The notes: a model not told the origin generated them from the sequence alone. Numbered from the stretch's first letter, positions 31,988 through 42,881 are shown. The stretch: 64,000 nt of DNA from an uncultured Spirochaetota bacterium (GCA_963783575.1 CAWAOD010000011.1:384001-448000); one strand, 5' to 3'. Numbers and translations are program-made.

Positions 31988-33145
31988 TTAGATTCTCCAC
32001 CGGAATTCATTCAAAGCCGGGTCTTTTTCAAAATTATACTTGATCTGTTCAAGATTATCTCCGCCATACCGGCGGATAAGCGCGTTGGCTATATCAAAAG
32101 CAACAGAATTTTCTATAACTACTCCGCAGGCCGCTACGGCAGTTACATCAGAACGTTCTGTAACAGCGGGTTCATCGGTTTTACTTATAATATCAACTGT
32201 TTGTAAGGGCCTCATCAGTGTAGGTATGGGCTTCATAACTGCCCTGAAGATAATGGGACTTCCGGTTGACATTCCGCCTTCTATGCCGCCGGAACGGTTA
32301 GTTTTCCTGAAAAATTGATTCATAGATTTATCAAAAAATATTTCATCATGAGCGCTTTTACCGCTTATTCCGGCAGATGCAAATCCGAGTCCGAATTCTA
32401 TACCTTTAACAGCCTGAATGCTTAAGACCGTTTTTGCAATGCAGGCGTCCAGTTTTTCTTCAAATGTCTGATAACTGCCGAGAAACGGCGGGACAGGTGA
32501 TATTATTGTCTCGATTATTCCGCCGATTGTATCGCCTTCGGTTTTTGCCTTATCGATTAAATCTTTAATTTTTTTCACGGTTTCAGAATCACAGGCACTA
32601 CGGAGATCAGATTTTCCAACCTTTTCCCTTATTTTCTGCAGGCTCAATCCCGAATCATCAATTTCAATTCCTCCCCAATTCACGACATGTGAAAATATTT
32701 CTACACCGAATTCCATAAGGAACTGTTTAATAAAGGCGCCTCCGGCAACCCTTGCGGCGGTTTCCCTGGCGCTTGATCGTTCAAGGACTTTACGTATATC
32801 ATCAGTCAGGCCGAATTTATATGCTCCAGTAAGATCTGCATGGCCGGGACGCGGCTTATATACAGGGTCGGGATGCTTGTTTCGCCAGTTTTCCCAGTCT
32901 TTATTCCAGATAATCATTGTTACCGGGGAACCTGTTGTTTTTTTGTCCATAACCCCTGAAATAATCTCTGCTCTGTCGGATTCAATTTTCATTCTTTCTC
33001 CGCGGCCGTAACCTCCTTGACGCCTTATCAGTTCCATATTTATTAAATTCTCATCGATTTTCAGGTTTGACGGAATTCCTTTTATCATAACCGTCATGCC
33101 TTTTCCATGAGACTCACCGGATGTAATATATTCAATCATAATCAA
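31988..33145 (-). CDS. aroC: Chorismate synthase
   Basis: GESHG, RRQGGYGRG.RM, RPGHAD, ERSSARET and KPIPTL. Confidence 0.97.
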   Translation of the reverse strand: MIMIEYITSGESHGKGMTVMIKGIPSNLKIDENLINMELIRRQGGYGRGERMKIESDRAEIISGVMDKKTTGSPVTMIIWNKDWENWRNKHPDPVYKPRPGHADLTGAYKFGLTDDIRKVLERSSARETAARVAGGAFIKQFLMEFGVEIFSHVVNWGGIEIDDSGLSLQKIREKVGKSDLRSACDSETVKKIKDLIDKAKTEGDTIGGIIETIISPVPPFLGSYQTFEEKLDACIAKTVLSIQAVKGIEFGLGFASAGISGKSAHDEIFFDKSMNQFFRKTNRSGGIEGGMSTGSPIIFRAVMKPIPTLMRPLQTVDIISKTDEPAVTERSDVTAVAACGVVIENSVAFDIANALIRRYGGDNLEQIKYNFEKDPALNEFRWRI

Positions 33146-33198
33146 ACTCCTGTAATATCAGTAAGCCAGTTTGCTATTGGGTGATATTCCTGGCTGTT

Positions 33199-33238
33199 GA
33201 CTAATTGACTAATTAACTGAAAGACTAACCGACTGAAA
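33199..33238. repeat. 8-bp short tandem repeats of the same family as 3683-3822
   Basis: gactaatt-gactaatt-aactgaaa-gactaacc-gactgaaa. Confidence 0.7.
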
Positions 33239-33491
33239 TTTTGTTTAATATTTTAAATCAGTATAAGATATTACTCAAGATAAATATTTGTCATTTCAAA
33301 TTCAAACTTGATAATTAAAAATTTTATTACTATATTATATTAAAGTAATGAAAATATTTTATAGTGAAAAATAAACGAATCTTTAAGGATAATTAATTAT
33401 TTTTTATAATATGTGGAAAATCTTTTTGCATAATTAAAGATTCATCAATTTAATAGGTATAAAGTAAGATTTAAGCAAAAGGTAATTTATT

Positions 33492-35195
33492 ATGAAAGTT
33501 AAATTGATTTTTTTCTTAATTGTAATTTTAGGATTTTATGGGTTGGCAGCCGGCGATAGTAATATAGATTTAATAAATCCCGATGGAAAGGAAATTTCAG
33601 GTATTCAAACCGGCAATGATGTAACAATACTAATACCGGTGTATGATGATATTTATTATAATGATAAAGATTATCGTTTGAAATCCGCAAAATTGCTCAA
33701 TAATACCTGGTTTGATCTTGCCGATGGCAATAGGATATTGTTAAAAGCCGGTTACCGGATTAATTTTTATAAAGATGGAAGCCTTCAGAGCGCTATTTTA
33801 GCCCGGGATGCTTCATTCGGAAATGTCGGAGCATTTTATGCCGGGACTAAAATTGAACTTTATCCTGATGGAAAGTTAATGAGGGCTTATATACTTTCAT
33901 CTGATCATAGAATGGAAATTCTTACTAACTATTCTTCTTTAAAAATTAGCGGTAATACGGATATGATCAGCATAAAACTTCCTGTGGATAAAAAACAGGT
34001 TGAAAACCCGAATGATCAGAATTATAATGCCGGTAAAAGCTCTGATTATAATAAGCCTGCCGGTGTTCCGCAGAATAAACTTGATCCCGATAAAAATCTT
34101 AAAGATGTGTTTTATTATGACAGCGGAATAGTCAAATCAGGTAAACTTCTGTCCAATTTGCATTTTACGCTTCCAGGCAGAAAAACCATACTTCTAAAAG
34201 AAAATACGCCGGTTCAATTTTATGAAAATGAAAATCTTCAATCCGGGACATTAGCTGAAGAGGCAGTTTTTAATGAAATTGCTTTTGACGCCGGAACCAT
34301 AATTGATCTTTATCTTGATGGTAAATTTAAAAGAGCGGTATTGAAACCGAAGGAAAAAGAAGCGGAACCTTCTTTTCCGGAAGCAAAAGTGGTTATTGAA
34401 ATTAATAATAAAATTTACAGATTCAGAGATTCAGGTTTGATAAAAGAAGGCAGATGGTTCAGACTGGCGGGGGACACCGTTTTTTCAGGTATTTTATTTA
34501 AAGATAATTCTATATTATTTCTGGATTCGGATAATACTCTTCTTGAAGGACAGCTTGCCAGGGATCAAAAGATAGGTGTTGATGCTGATAATTCATATTG
34601 GTTTAAAGGAGGTACGGTACTTTCATTTTACACCAATGGAAATATAAAAAGCGGAACTTTATCAGGAAGCCAGAAAATAAATATTGGATCAGGTAATGAT
34701 AGCTCATTAGTCGAATTTAAAAAAGATACTGAAATAACGTTTTATAACGATGGAAACATATTAAGCGGTTTTATTTCGGGACCAGCCAGGATTAAAGGTG
34801 TCAGATTTCCAGAAGGATCTCAGGTATTTTTTGATTCCGATGGTAACACAAAACTGGCAAAGCCTTCAACGGAAATAAATATTTTTGGAATATCATATCA
34901 GCCGTCTTCTGAATTACAAAAGCAGAATATTGTACTTTTTTATAAAAATGGGCTTGTTAGAATGGCTTTACTTTCCGGCAGCCAGTATATAGATATTGTC
35001 AAAAATAGAAAATCAACTTCTGCCCTTTTTAAAGACGGCACTTATATAGAATATTATGAAAACGGAAATGTAAAGAACGGTATTTTAGCCGGAGTGATTG
35101 AAATCGACGGAAAAAGATATCCTGCAGGGACCTATCTTGAGTTCGATCAGGAAGGCTTGGTAACTGTCGTCTCAGAACCGGATTCTTCGGATTGA
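33492..35195 (+). CDS. Secreted beta-repeat protein of unknown function
   Basis: Signal peptide; more than ten repeats like F..GT.I.FY.(D/N)G.L.SG.L. Confidence 0.8.
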   Translation: MKVKLIFFLIVILGFYGLAAGDSNIDLINPDGKEISGIQTGNDVTILIPVYDDIYYNDKDYRLKSAKLLNNTWFDLADGNRILLKAGYRINFYKDGSLQSAILARDASFGNVGAFYAGTKIELYPDGKLMRAYILSSDHRMEILTNYSSLKISGNTDMISIKLPVDKKQVENPNDQNYNAGKSSDYNKPAGVPQNKLDPDKNLKDVFYYDSGIVKSGKLLSNLHFTLPGRKTILLKENTPVQFYENENLQSGTLAEEAVFNEIAFDAGTIIDLYLDGKFKRAVLKPKEKEAEPSFPEAKVVIEINNKIYRFRDSGLIKEGRWFRLAGDTVFSGILFKDNSILFLDSDNTLLEGQLARDQKIGVDADNSYWFKGGTVLSFYTNGNIKSGTLSGSQKINIGSGNDSSLVEFKKDTEITFYNDGNILSGFISGPARIKGVRFPEGSQVFFDSDGNTKLAKPSTEINIFGISYQPSSELQKQNIVLFYKNGLVRMALLSGSQYIDIVKNRKSTSALFKDGTYIEYYENGNVKNGILAGVIEIDGKRYPAGTYLEFDQEGLVTVVSEPDSSD

Positions 35196-35449
35196 AGTAA
35201 AAGGGTAAAAAAGCAAATTCAACAAGCGTGCCGCTTGACCCGGGTATGATTCCCCGTAGTTTACGGAGTTTATCCCGAGCGAGCCGAGGGGCTACCTATC
35301 AAGTTGGTTTCCTGCTATTCTGCATTTATTATACCCTGCACTTGCTGCAGGTATTGTTTAAATAACACTTGATAAGTTTAATGAACGGGACGACAGAGCC
35401 TGCCCTAAGGAATCGAATGGGCTTACTGCATAATAAAGGAGTATTTGAA

Positions 35450-36220
35450 TTGGAAATAATGAAAGGCGCTGAGTCATTTATTTATGATAATAATTCGGAA
35501 ATCGGCGTTTTGCTGATTCATGGCATTAGCGGATCGCCTTATGAAATGTCATACCTTGGCAGCAGATTTTCAGGCGCGGGATTTAATGTTTTGGCTCCCC
35601 GCCTTACAGGGAACGGAACCCAATGGCAGGATTTAAACCGGATTAATTACACAGACTGGATCGGCGATGTTGAGACAGCTCTGGTTACTTTAAAAAAAAT
35701 ATCATCTCAAATCTTTACCGCCGGGTTATCTATGGGCGGCGCCCTGACTCTATATTTAGCCGAGAACCATCCTGAAATCAAAGGGATAATAGCAATAAAT
35801 CATGCGCTTTTGCTGAATAATCCGGCATTGTTTTTTCTGCCGGTAATAAAATATTTTATGCCCTATACAAAAAAGAAAAATAGCAGTATCAGCCGTTCAA
35901 TCAAGGATAAAAGCGTAAACCTTGTAACATATGACAGGATGCCTACCGGAGGAGTCAATCAATTGTTAAAATTAGTCAAAATAGTAAAAAAGGATTTATT
36001 TAAGATTAAACAGCCGGTATTGGTCTTCAAATCAATAGAGGATTCCAAATTAATGGGCGGGTTAAGAAATGCCGAATATACCCTCAAACATATAAGCTCG
36101 AAATCTAAAGAGCTTGTGCTGTTAAAGAATTCATACCACATAGCAACTATGGATTTTGATAAAGAAATTATTTGCGGGAAAAGTATTGAGTTTATCAGGA
36201 ATATTCCACATATCGAGTAA
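35450..36220 (+). CDS. Carboxylesterase / monoacylglycerol lipase-like hydrolase
   Basis: LLIHG.SGSP, GLSMGG and SYH; AAGGAG RBS before TTG. Confidence 0.9.
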   Translation: MEIMKGAESFIYDNNSEIGVLLIHGISGSPYEMSYLGSRFSGAGFNVLAPRLTGNGTQWQDLNRINYTDWIGDVETALVTLKKISSQIFTAGLSMGGALTLYLAENHPEIKGIIAINHALLLNNPALFFLPVIKYFMPYTKKKNSSISRSIKDKSVNLVTYDRMPTGGVNQLLKLVKIVKKDLFKIKQPVLVFKSIEDSKLMGGLRNAEYTLKHISSKSKELVLLKNSYHIATMDFDKEIICGKSIEFIRNIPHIE

Positions 36221-36293
36221 AGTATTGAAGGGCTTGCTTAATACACCGCAAGCATTTTAAAATCCGGTTGCCGATTATATGGGAGGATTCGTT

Positions 36294-37810
36294 ATGGATC
36301 GTCTTAAAAAATATGTCGGTGCGATCGACCAGGGTACAACCAGCTCCCGATTTATAATATTTAACAGGCAGGGAAGTATAGTATCATCCCATCAGCTGGA
36401 ACATAGTCAAATCTATCCGAAACAGGGTTTTGTCGAGCATGACTGCCTTGAAATTCTGTCAAAAACTTATCAAACAATCCGGATAGCCATGGAAAAATCC
36501 GGTATTGAGGCAGGTGAAATAGCCTCGATAGGGATCACAAACCAGAGGGAGACAACTATTGTCTGGAATAAAAAAAACGGGAAGCCTTACTGCAACGCAA
36601 TTGTCTGGCAGGATACCCGTACCGCTGATATCTGTGATGAATTATCTAAAGAAGGGGTAAACGGCCAATACAGGTTTGCAGGTAAAACCGGTTTGCCTCT
36701 TGCCACCTATTTTTCAGGTCCAAAAATCAGATGGATTCTTGATAATATTCCGGGTGTTAAAGAAGATGCATTGAAAGGAGAAGCGATTTTCGGGAATATC
36801 GACTCCTGGCTGATATGGAATCTTTCAGGTGGCCCTAACGGGGGAGTTCATATGACGGATGTTACTAACGCAAGCCGGACAATGTTGATGGATATTAAGA
36901 CTCTTCATTGGGATGATGAAATGCTTGAAATTATGGGAGTGCCTCGGAATATGCTGCCGGAAATTTCTTCATCAAGCATGGTCTACGGATATACAAAGCC
37001 GGATGGACCGTTTGGCGGGATTATTCCTATAACAGGGGACCTTGGGGACCAACAGGCGGCGCTTTTCGGACAGACCTGCTTCGATGAAGGGGAGGCAAAA
37101 AACACATACGGAACCGGCTGCTTTCTCCTGTTAAATACTGGCCAATCTCCGGTTTATTCCAAAAATGGGCTCCTAACAACAGTCGGCTATAAAATAGGCG
37201 ATGAGCCTGCAGTCTATGCGCTTGAAGGGTCTGTAGCAATAACAGGGCTCTTGTACAGTGGCTCCGCGATAATCTTGGAATGATATCATCATCACCACAG
37301 ATCAGCGAACTTGCGGCCTCAGTTAAGGATAACGGCGGCGTTTATTTTGTTCCTGCGTTTTCAGGTTTGTTTGCGCCATACTGGAAAAGTGACGCCAGAG
37401 GGTTGATAATCGGTCTTACAAGATTTGCCAATAAAGGGCATATAGCAAGGTCTGTGCTGGAAGCAACCGCATTTCAGACCCGTGAAGTATTTGAGGCTAT
37501 GGAAATGGACTCGGGCATAAAACTGAAAAACCTTAAGGTTGATGGTGGAATGGTTGCCAGTGACATACTTCTTCAGTTCCAGGCTGATATACTCGGAGTT
37601 CCCGTCATACGTCCGAAAGTGACTGAAACAACCGGGCTTGGTGCAGCTTATGCGGCAGGTCTGGCAGTCGGTTTCTGGAATAATAAGGAAGAACTTAGAT
37701 CCAACTGGGCTGTTGATAAGGTGTGGAATCCGTCAATGGAAAAAAGAGAGAGCGAAAAAATGTATCATTTCTGGAAGAAAGCAGTTGAAAGGACTTTCGG
37801 CTGGGTATGA
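36294..37810 (+). CDS. glpK: Glycerol kinase (frameshift near 37248)
   Basis: [44 protein letters not shown] and DGG. Confidence 0.95.
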
Positions 37811-37975
37811 GCTTTCCCGGCGATAGTCTGCCTTAATTTGATAATTTTTTTGTATATTATCGGGAATCATGGCCGGTTTTTTGGAACTGGTGGTCCCAAT
37901 ATCAGAAAAAAACATATCCATGTAAGAATGCCCCTGATATGACAGGCGTTAAAGACTGTAAATATGTTTTGGTAG

Positions 37976-38010
37976 TGCGGCATTATGTCGCTCGCGGAAC
38001 TAGCGTTCTG
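37976..38010. repeat. Degenerate third copy of the double-hairpin element at 42709/42809
   Basis: tgcggcattatgtcgctcgcggaactagcgttctg versus tgcggcatcgtgccgctcgccgaacaccgttcgg. Confidence 0.65.
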
Positions 38011-38062
38011 AACTAGGGCAGAATACTTCACCAGTTTGATAGAATGATTTGTTTAATTCAAT

Positions 38063-38101
38063 CTCTTGAGGTACAAGAGTAATAACCTCGTACCTCAAGA
38101 G
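38063..38101. terminator. Hairpin just downstream of fba
   Basis: CTCTTGAGGTAC...GTACCTCAAGAG. Confidence 0.6.
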
Positions 38102-38111
38102 CAGTGTAATA

Positions 38112-39119
38112 TTATTTCTTTAAAAGCTTCATAATTTCAGGGGCTCTTCCGGCGCTACCCAGCACATTTTTATTTTTTGCCATATACATCTGCTTTAATG
38201 CTTCCCTTGCAGGTCCAAGATATTTCCTGGGATCGAACTCTTCGGGCTTGGTTGCCAATACTTCCCGAATCTTTGCAGTCATAACCAGCCTTCCGTCGGA
38301 ATCGATATTAATCTTACAGACTGCCGATTTTGCGGCCTCTCTGAGTTGAGGTTCTGGGATGCCTATGGAATCTTTTAGTTTTCCGCCGTATTTGTTTATC
38401 GTGGCAACGGCTTCCGGTGGAACTGAAGAAGATCCATGTAGAACAATCGGAAAACCGGGCAGTTTCTTTTCAATCTCATGCAGAATATCAAGCCTTATTT
38501 CGGCTTTCTGGCCAGGTTTAAATTTATAAGCGCCATGAGAAGTTCCGATAGCTATTGCAAGCGAGTCGACTCCTGTTTTACCGACGAAATCCTGGACTTC
38601 TTCAGGTCTTGTATAAGTATGGTGTTCAGCTTTAACTTCATCCTCAACACCGGCAAGGACACCCAATTCACCTTCAACTGTAATATCAAATTTATGGGCG
38701 TATTCGACAACTTTTTTGGTTAGTGCGACATTTTCTTCATAAGAATTATGGGAACCGTCGATCATAACGGATGAAAATCCGGAATCGATGCATGAAACGC
38801 AGGTTTCATATGAATCGCCATGATCCAGATGAAGGGTTATTGGTATTTCTCCCAGACCTTTATCTTTTGCGGCTTTCTTCATCATCTCAACCACGCCCTG
38901 GCCCATATAACGAAGAAGGGTTTGATCCGCATAATCTCGTGCGCCTTTTGAAACCTGCAGTATTACAGGGGATTGGCTTTCAAGACAGCCCATAACGATG
39001 GCCTGAAGCTGTTCCATGTTGTTAAAATTATAAGCCGGAACAGCAAACCCGCCTTTTACTGCCGCCTGGAACATTGCCCTTGTGTTAACGAACCCTAAAT
39101 CCTTAAAACTGACTGACAT
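38112..39119 (-). CDS. fba: Class II fructose-bisphosphate aldolase
   Basis: HLDHG, SSVMIDGS, GTSHGAYK, LHGSS and KINIDSD. Confidence 0.96.
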   Translation of the reverse strand: MSVSFKDLGFVNTRAMFQAAVKGGFAVPAYNFNNMEQLQAIVMGCLESQSPVILQVSKGARDYADQTLLRYMGQGVVEMMKKAAKDKGLGEIPITLHLDHGDSYETCVSCIDSGFSSVMIDGSHNSYEENVALTKKVVEYAHKFDITVEGELGVLAGVEDEVKAEHHTYTRPEEVQDFVGKTGVDSLAIAIGTSHGAYKFKPGQKAEIRLDILHEIEKKLPGFPIVLHGSSSVPPEAVATINKYGGKLKDSIGIPEPQLREAAKSAVCKINIDSDGRLVMTAKIREVLATKPEEFDPRKYLGPAREALKQMYMAKNKNVLGSAGRAPEIMKLLKK

Positions 39120-39321
39120 TTTATTTCTCCTTATTTAAAATAAAAATATTTTCAGCAAGTGTACCGCTTAATTATTATATAAAATACGAATACAATGCCA
39201 TATTGTCAATTGTGCGCCCCCCTTTTGTTTCATTTGCGCTCACCACAGGCACTAGTTTTGGGCAGACTTCTTTTGAATCCAAGATACAATTTCTCAAAGC
39301 TTTGCTTCGAGCATACACTAT

Positions 39322-40137
39322 TTAAATTAAATCGCCGGTTAAGCTGTAAGCGTTTTTATAAAAGATCATTTCTTCATCATTTTTCTCAAAATGAAGATTC
39401 TTAATTTTTTCAAATATATTAATTTGCCTTTGCCAGGGAAAATCACTGCCGAAAAGGATTTTTTCCGCGCCATGCCCTATTATAATCTCCTTCATCTGTG
39501 CCGGATTCATTTCCTCCGAAAAAGCTGTGTCGAAAAATACGGAAGGCAGGCCTATAAGATATTTTTCAACGTCATTCCAGGTTTGATAACCTCCCATATG
39601 TGCGCAAACTATTTTTAAATCGAAGATTTCCGCTACCTGTGCAAATCTTCGCGGAGTCCCATGGATTTCTTTAAATGCAAGGTCTCTTCCACCGTGAAAA
39701 AGTATAATCATTTTCATTTTGTTGCAAGTTTCATATATTTCGGCCATTTTTGGATCGTCGGGGTAAAAATCCTGGTATTCGGGATGAAGTTTAATTCCCT
39801 TTATTCTATTTTCCGAAAGGTATTGAATTTCATCTTTAACCGATCCGAAATTCTTAAAATCCGGATGCATAGCGCCGAAAGATATTACATTGTTACCCTG
39901 ATTATTCAATTCAGCCATTTGCCTGTTAATTGTTTTAACCTGTTCGGCTTTTGTCGCTACAGGCTGATTAATTGCATAATTTATGCCGTCTTTTTTCATG
40001 TATTCCTTCAGAGAATCCAGGCTTCCGTTGCCGTTCGGTTTAATCCCGGCGGCTTTGCTAAGGGAAGCGATGGCTTTTTCATGGATATTATCAGGGAAAA
40101 AATGTACATGAAAATCGATAACCTGTAAACCGTCCAT
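39322..40137 (-). CDS. Amidohydrolase family protein
   Basis: DFHVH, GIKLHP, AHMGG and FGSDFPW. Confidence 0.9.
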   Translation of the reverse strand: MDGLQVIDFHVHFFPDNIHEKAIASLSKAAGIKPNGNGSLDSLKEYMKKDGINYAINQPVATKAEQVKTINRQMAELNNQGNNVISFGAMHPDFKNFGSVKDEIQYLSENRIKGIKLHPEYQDFYPDDPKMAEIYETCNKMKMIILFHGGRDLAFKEIHGTPRRFAQVAEIFDLKIVCAHMGGYQTWNDVEKYLIGLPSVFFDTAFSEEMNPAQMKEIIIGHGAEKILFGSDFPWQRQINIFEKIKNLHFEKNDEEMIFYKNAYSLTGDLI

Positions 40138-41273
40138 TACCTCTTATCCTCTTTCCTCAAGTAAATTCTTGGAACCCTTTTTGAAATATCGCATGTTACT
40201 TCGTAGGGGATTTTATTGCACATCTTAGCGAATTCTTCAACCCTTATCTTGTCATTTCCAAAAATAACCGCTTCGTCACCTACTACAATGCCGTTTGGGT
40301 TGCTTCCAAGGGAAATCATAGTATAATCCATGCAGATTCTGCCTGCTACCGGATAATAAGCATTTTTAATATAAACCTTGCCCTTGTTGGAATATGTTGT
40401 CGGTATACCGTCCGCGTAACCTATTGGAAGAACGGCAATATATTCCTCATCCTTCTGGATCTTATAAGTTCTCAAGTAGCTTACGGTATCCCCTTTTTTT
40501 AATTTGTTTATAACCAGGATCTTTGTTTTTAATGTCATAGAATTCAGCAGATGTACTTCTTTATTTGATGTATAACCGTATAAAGCCAGGCCGGTTCTGA
40601 CCATTGTAAACGGGGATTTAGTCGTTTCAGGTATATTGAAAATTGCTGCGCTGTTTGCTATATGGAAATGCCTTACCTTAATTTCATATTTTTTCAATTC
40701 ATGGGCAAGTTCTTTTATTTTCTCTATCTGAAAAGCGGAAAATTCCGGATCGGTATCTGCCGATGGAAAGTGGCTATATATTCCGTCAACTATAATTCCT
40801 TCCATTTTCGAAATCTGCTCGATATCAAGCAGCGCTTTTTCATATGGAATTCCAATTCTGCCCATTCCGGTGTCTATTTTAATATGCACTTTCGGGTAAA
40901 TACCACGGTAACGGTATGCGTCGGAAAGTTCCCTGGCATATTCCACGCTTATAACTGTCGGATAGATGTTAAATTCGATAAGCTTGCCGAATTCGGCAGG
41001 TTCAACCGGCCCTAAAAGAAGAATTGGGGATGATATGCCTGAACTGCGGAGTTCCATTGCTTCGTCAATATTTGATACAGCAAGGTATTCCACACCGAGT
41101 TTTAATAATTCCTGTGAAATGGATACGGCGCCATGACCATAAGCATCGGCTTTTACAACTCCCATAAGCTGTATCTGATCATTACATTTATTTTTGATAA
41201 CCTGAAAATTATATTTAATCGCATCCATATCTATTTCGGCCCAGGTCGGCCTGTGAGACTTATATAGATACAT
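40137..41273 (-). CDS. alr: Alanine racemase
   Basis: VVKADAYGHG, DTGMGRIG, GYADG and GRICMD. Confidence 0.96.
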   Translation of the reverse strand: MYLYKSHRPTWAEIDMDAIKYNFQVIKNKCNDQIQLMGVVKADAYGHGAVSISQELLKLGVEYLAVSNIDEAMELRSSGISSPILLLGPVEPAEFGKLIEFNIYPTVISVEYARELSDAYRYRGIYPKVHIKIDTGMGRIGIPYEKALLDIEQISKMEGIIVDGIYSHFPSADTDPEFSAFQIEKIKELAHELKKYEIKVRHFHIANSAAIFNIPETTKSPFTMVRTGLALYGYTSNKEVHLLNSMTLKTKILVINKLKKGDTVSYLRTYKIQKDEEYIAVLPIGYADGIPTTYSNKGKVYIKNAYYPVAGRICMDYTMISLGSNPNGIVVGDEAVIFGNDKIRVEEFAKMCNKIPYEVTCDISKRVPRIYLRKEDKR

Positions 41274-41341
41274 AATATCCCCCGTTTGATATGCATTAAC
41301 CGGTATTATGATAAAATTAAACTAATATTTTTACAAATATT

Positions 41342-42322
41342 TCATAATTGTTCAAGAACTTTTTGAATTAATGTATCTTTAAACTTTTCATAATCCATTT
41401 TATCCGTTTTACACCCGGCAGCCCTCATGTGACCTCCCCCATTGAAATATAAAGCAATCTTGGCCACATCGACATTATATTTGCTTCTTAGACTGGCGGA
41501 AAATAAGTCAGGTTTTTTTTCTTTAATGAATATATATACCGATACGCTTTCGATCATTCCCAGGTATTCTATAATGCCATCGGTATCAACATCTTCAACA
41601 TCTCTGAAATCATTATAAAATAATGAGGAAATGACTATTTTATTATCCTGGTGCATCTCCAGCCTAGATAATACAAGCGCCAGAAGTTTAACATATGAAA
41701 GGCTTTTATTCTGGTTTAAATAAATATTGAAATCAGAAGGCACAACTCCCTTTTTCAATAAATCGGCGGTAATCAAATGAACCTCGGGGTGCATGCAGTC
41801 GTAACGGAAAGACCCGGTATCTGTGATAATTGATATATAAAGATCGACAGCGATATTATAACTGATTTCTATATTATTCTTTTTGAAAAAATAATATAAT
41901 AATTCACCGATACTGCAAGCATTTTCCAAGACTATATTTAAATCTCCGAAATTTGTGTTTCCTTCATGGTGGTCAATATTTATGATCTTTTGTTTTTTAA
42001 TAAATTTTCTTATGTCACCGATTCTTTCAATATCTCCGCAGTCGACAATGATTACGAGATCATATTCATCTGATGTTACTTGAGTTTCAGTGATATTAGT
42101 TATTAATTTTAAATTTGGAAGAAATTGGTAGGATTTGGGAATATCTTCGCTCCAGGCAATTATAAATTTCTTCTTTATAGATAAAAGATATTCTCCGAGA
42201 GCTAATTGACTGGCAATATCATCACCGTCAGGATTTATATGCCCGGCGACAATAATTCCCTTTGAATTCTTTATAAGATGTAAACAATCTTTCAGCTTGT
42301 TATCAAGATTCAGGTAATTCAT
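41342..42322 (-). CDS. nrnA: DHH-family oligoribonuclease/PAP phosphatase
   Basis: H.NPDGD, DHH, TDTGSF, SLRS and GGGH..AAG. Confidence 0.92.
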   Translation of the reverse strand: MNYLNLDNKLKDCLHLIKNSKGIIVAGHINPDGDDIASQLALGEYLLSIKKKFIIAWSEDIPKSYQFLPNLKLITNITETQVTSDEYDLVIIVDCGDIERIGDIRKFIKKQKIINIDHHEGNTNFGDLNIVLENACSIGELLYYFFKKNNIEISYNIAVDLYISIITDTGSFRYDCMHPEVHLITADLLKKGVVPSDFNIYLNQNKSLSYVKLLALVLSRLEMHQDNKIVISSLFYNDFRDVEDVDTDGIIEYLGMIESVSVYIFIKEKKPDLFSASLRSKYNVDVAKIALYFNGGGHMRAAGCKTDKMDYEKFKDTLIQKVLEQL

Positions 42323-42692
42323 CTTTCTCAGCAAGTTTTTCATTGTTAGTAATTTCCTTTAGTTTAAAATACATAGAAACTCCCTCTTCAATTGAGTTAG
42401 AGCTTTCAAAATGTATCCGTGGAGCCCATTTAAGCCGGAGTTCTTTGCTGACTATAGAACTGATATATCCAGAAGCACTATTAAGAGCTTCAAAAGTTTT
42501 CAGGTTTTCAATTTCATTATTGCCGAAAATACTGACAGTTACTTTAACATGTCTCATATCATTGCTGATAGATGCATCAAGAACCGAGACCATTGAAATT
42601 ATACGCGGATCTTTTAATTCCCTTGAAATAATCTCGCTGATTTCTTTCATAAGTGTTTTATTGATCCTTTGGATCCTTCTATTATTTGGCAT
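42303..42692 (-). CDS. rbfA: Ribosome-binding factor A
   Basis: R..RI......EIS.II..ELKDPR; position after infB. Confidence 0.93.
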   Translation of the reverse strand: MPNNRRIQRINKTLMKEISEIISRELKDPRIISMVSVLDASISNDMRHVKVTVSIFGNNEIENLKTFEALNSASGYISSIVSKELRLKWAPRIHFESSNSIEEGVSMYFKLKEITNNEKLAEKDELPES

Positions 42693-42708
42693 AAATTTTT
42701 TTTATCCT

Positions 42709-42881
42709 TGCGGCATCGTGCCGTTCGCCGAACACCGTTCGGCATTTAGTGTGATTAAACAGAAAATTTCATGGCACATCCTGTGCCCATTGTTACTTGG
42801 CTCGCCTATGCGGCATCGTGCCGCTCGCCGAACACCGTTCGGCTGTTTGTATGATTAAACAGAAAACTTCATGGCACGTCC
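42709..42881. repeat. Two 73-bp direct repeats with 100-bp period between infB and rbfA
   Basis: 42709-42781 versus 42809-42881, seven mismatches; hairpins CGGCA-TCG-TGCCG and GCCGAAC-ACC-GTTCGGC. Confidence 0.92.

Noticed and set aside
14400..36000. Prophage, integron or transposon explaining the accessory region
   Set aside because: No integrase, transposase, phage genes or convincing attC sites were seen.
37733..37921. 62-aa minus-strand ORF after glpK
   Set aside because: It overlaps the glpK 3' end antisense and has no recognisable motif.
42709..42881. Mini-CRISPR or tRNA genes
   Set aside because: The 73-bp units have no cloverleaf or T-loop motif, there are only two adjacent copies, and no cas genes are present.
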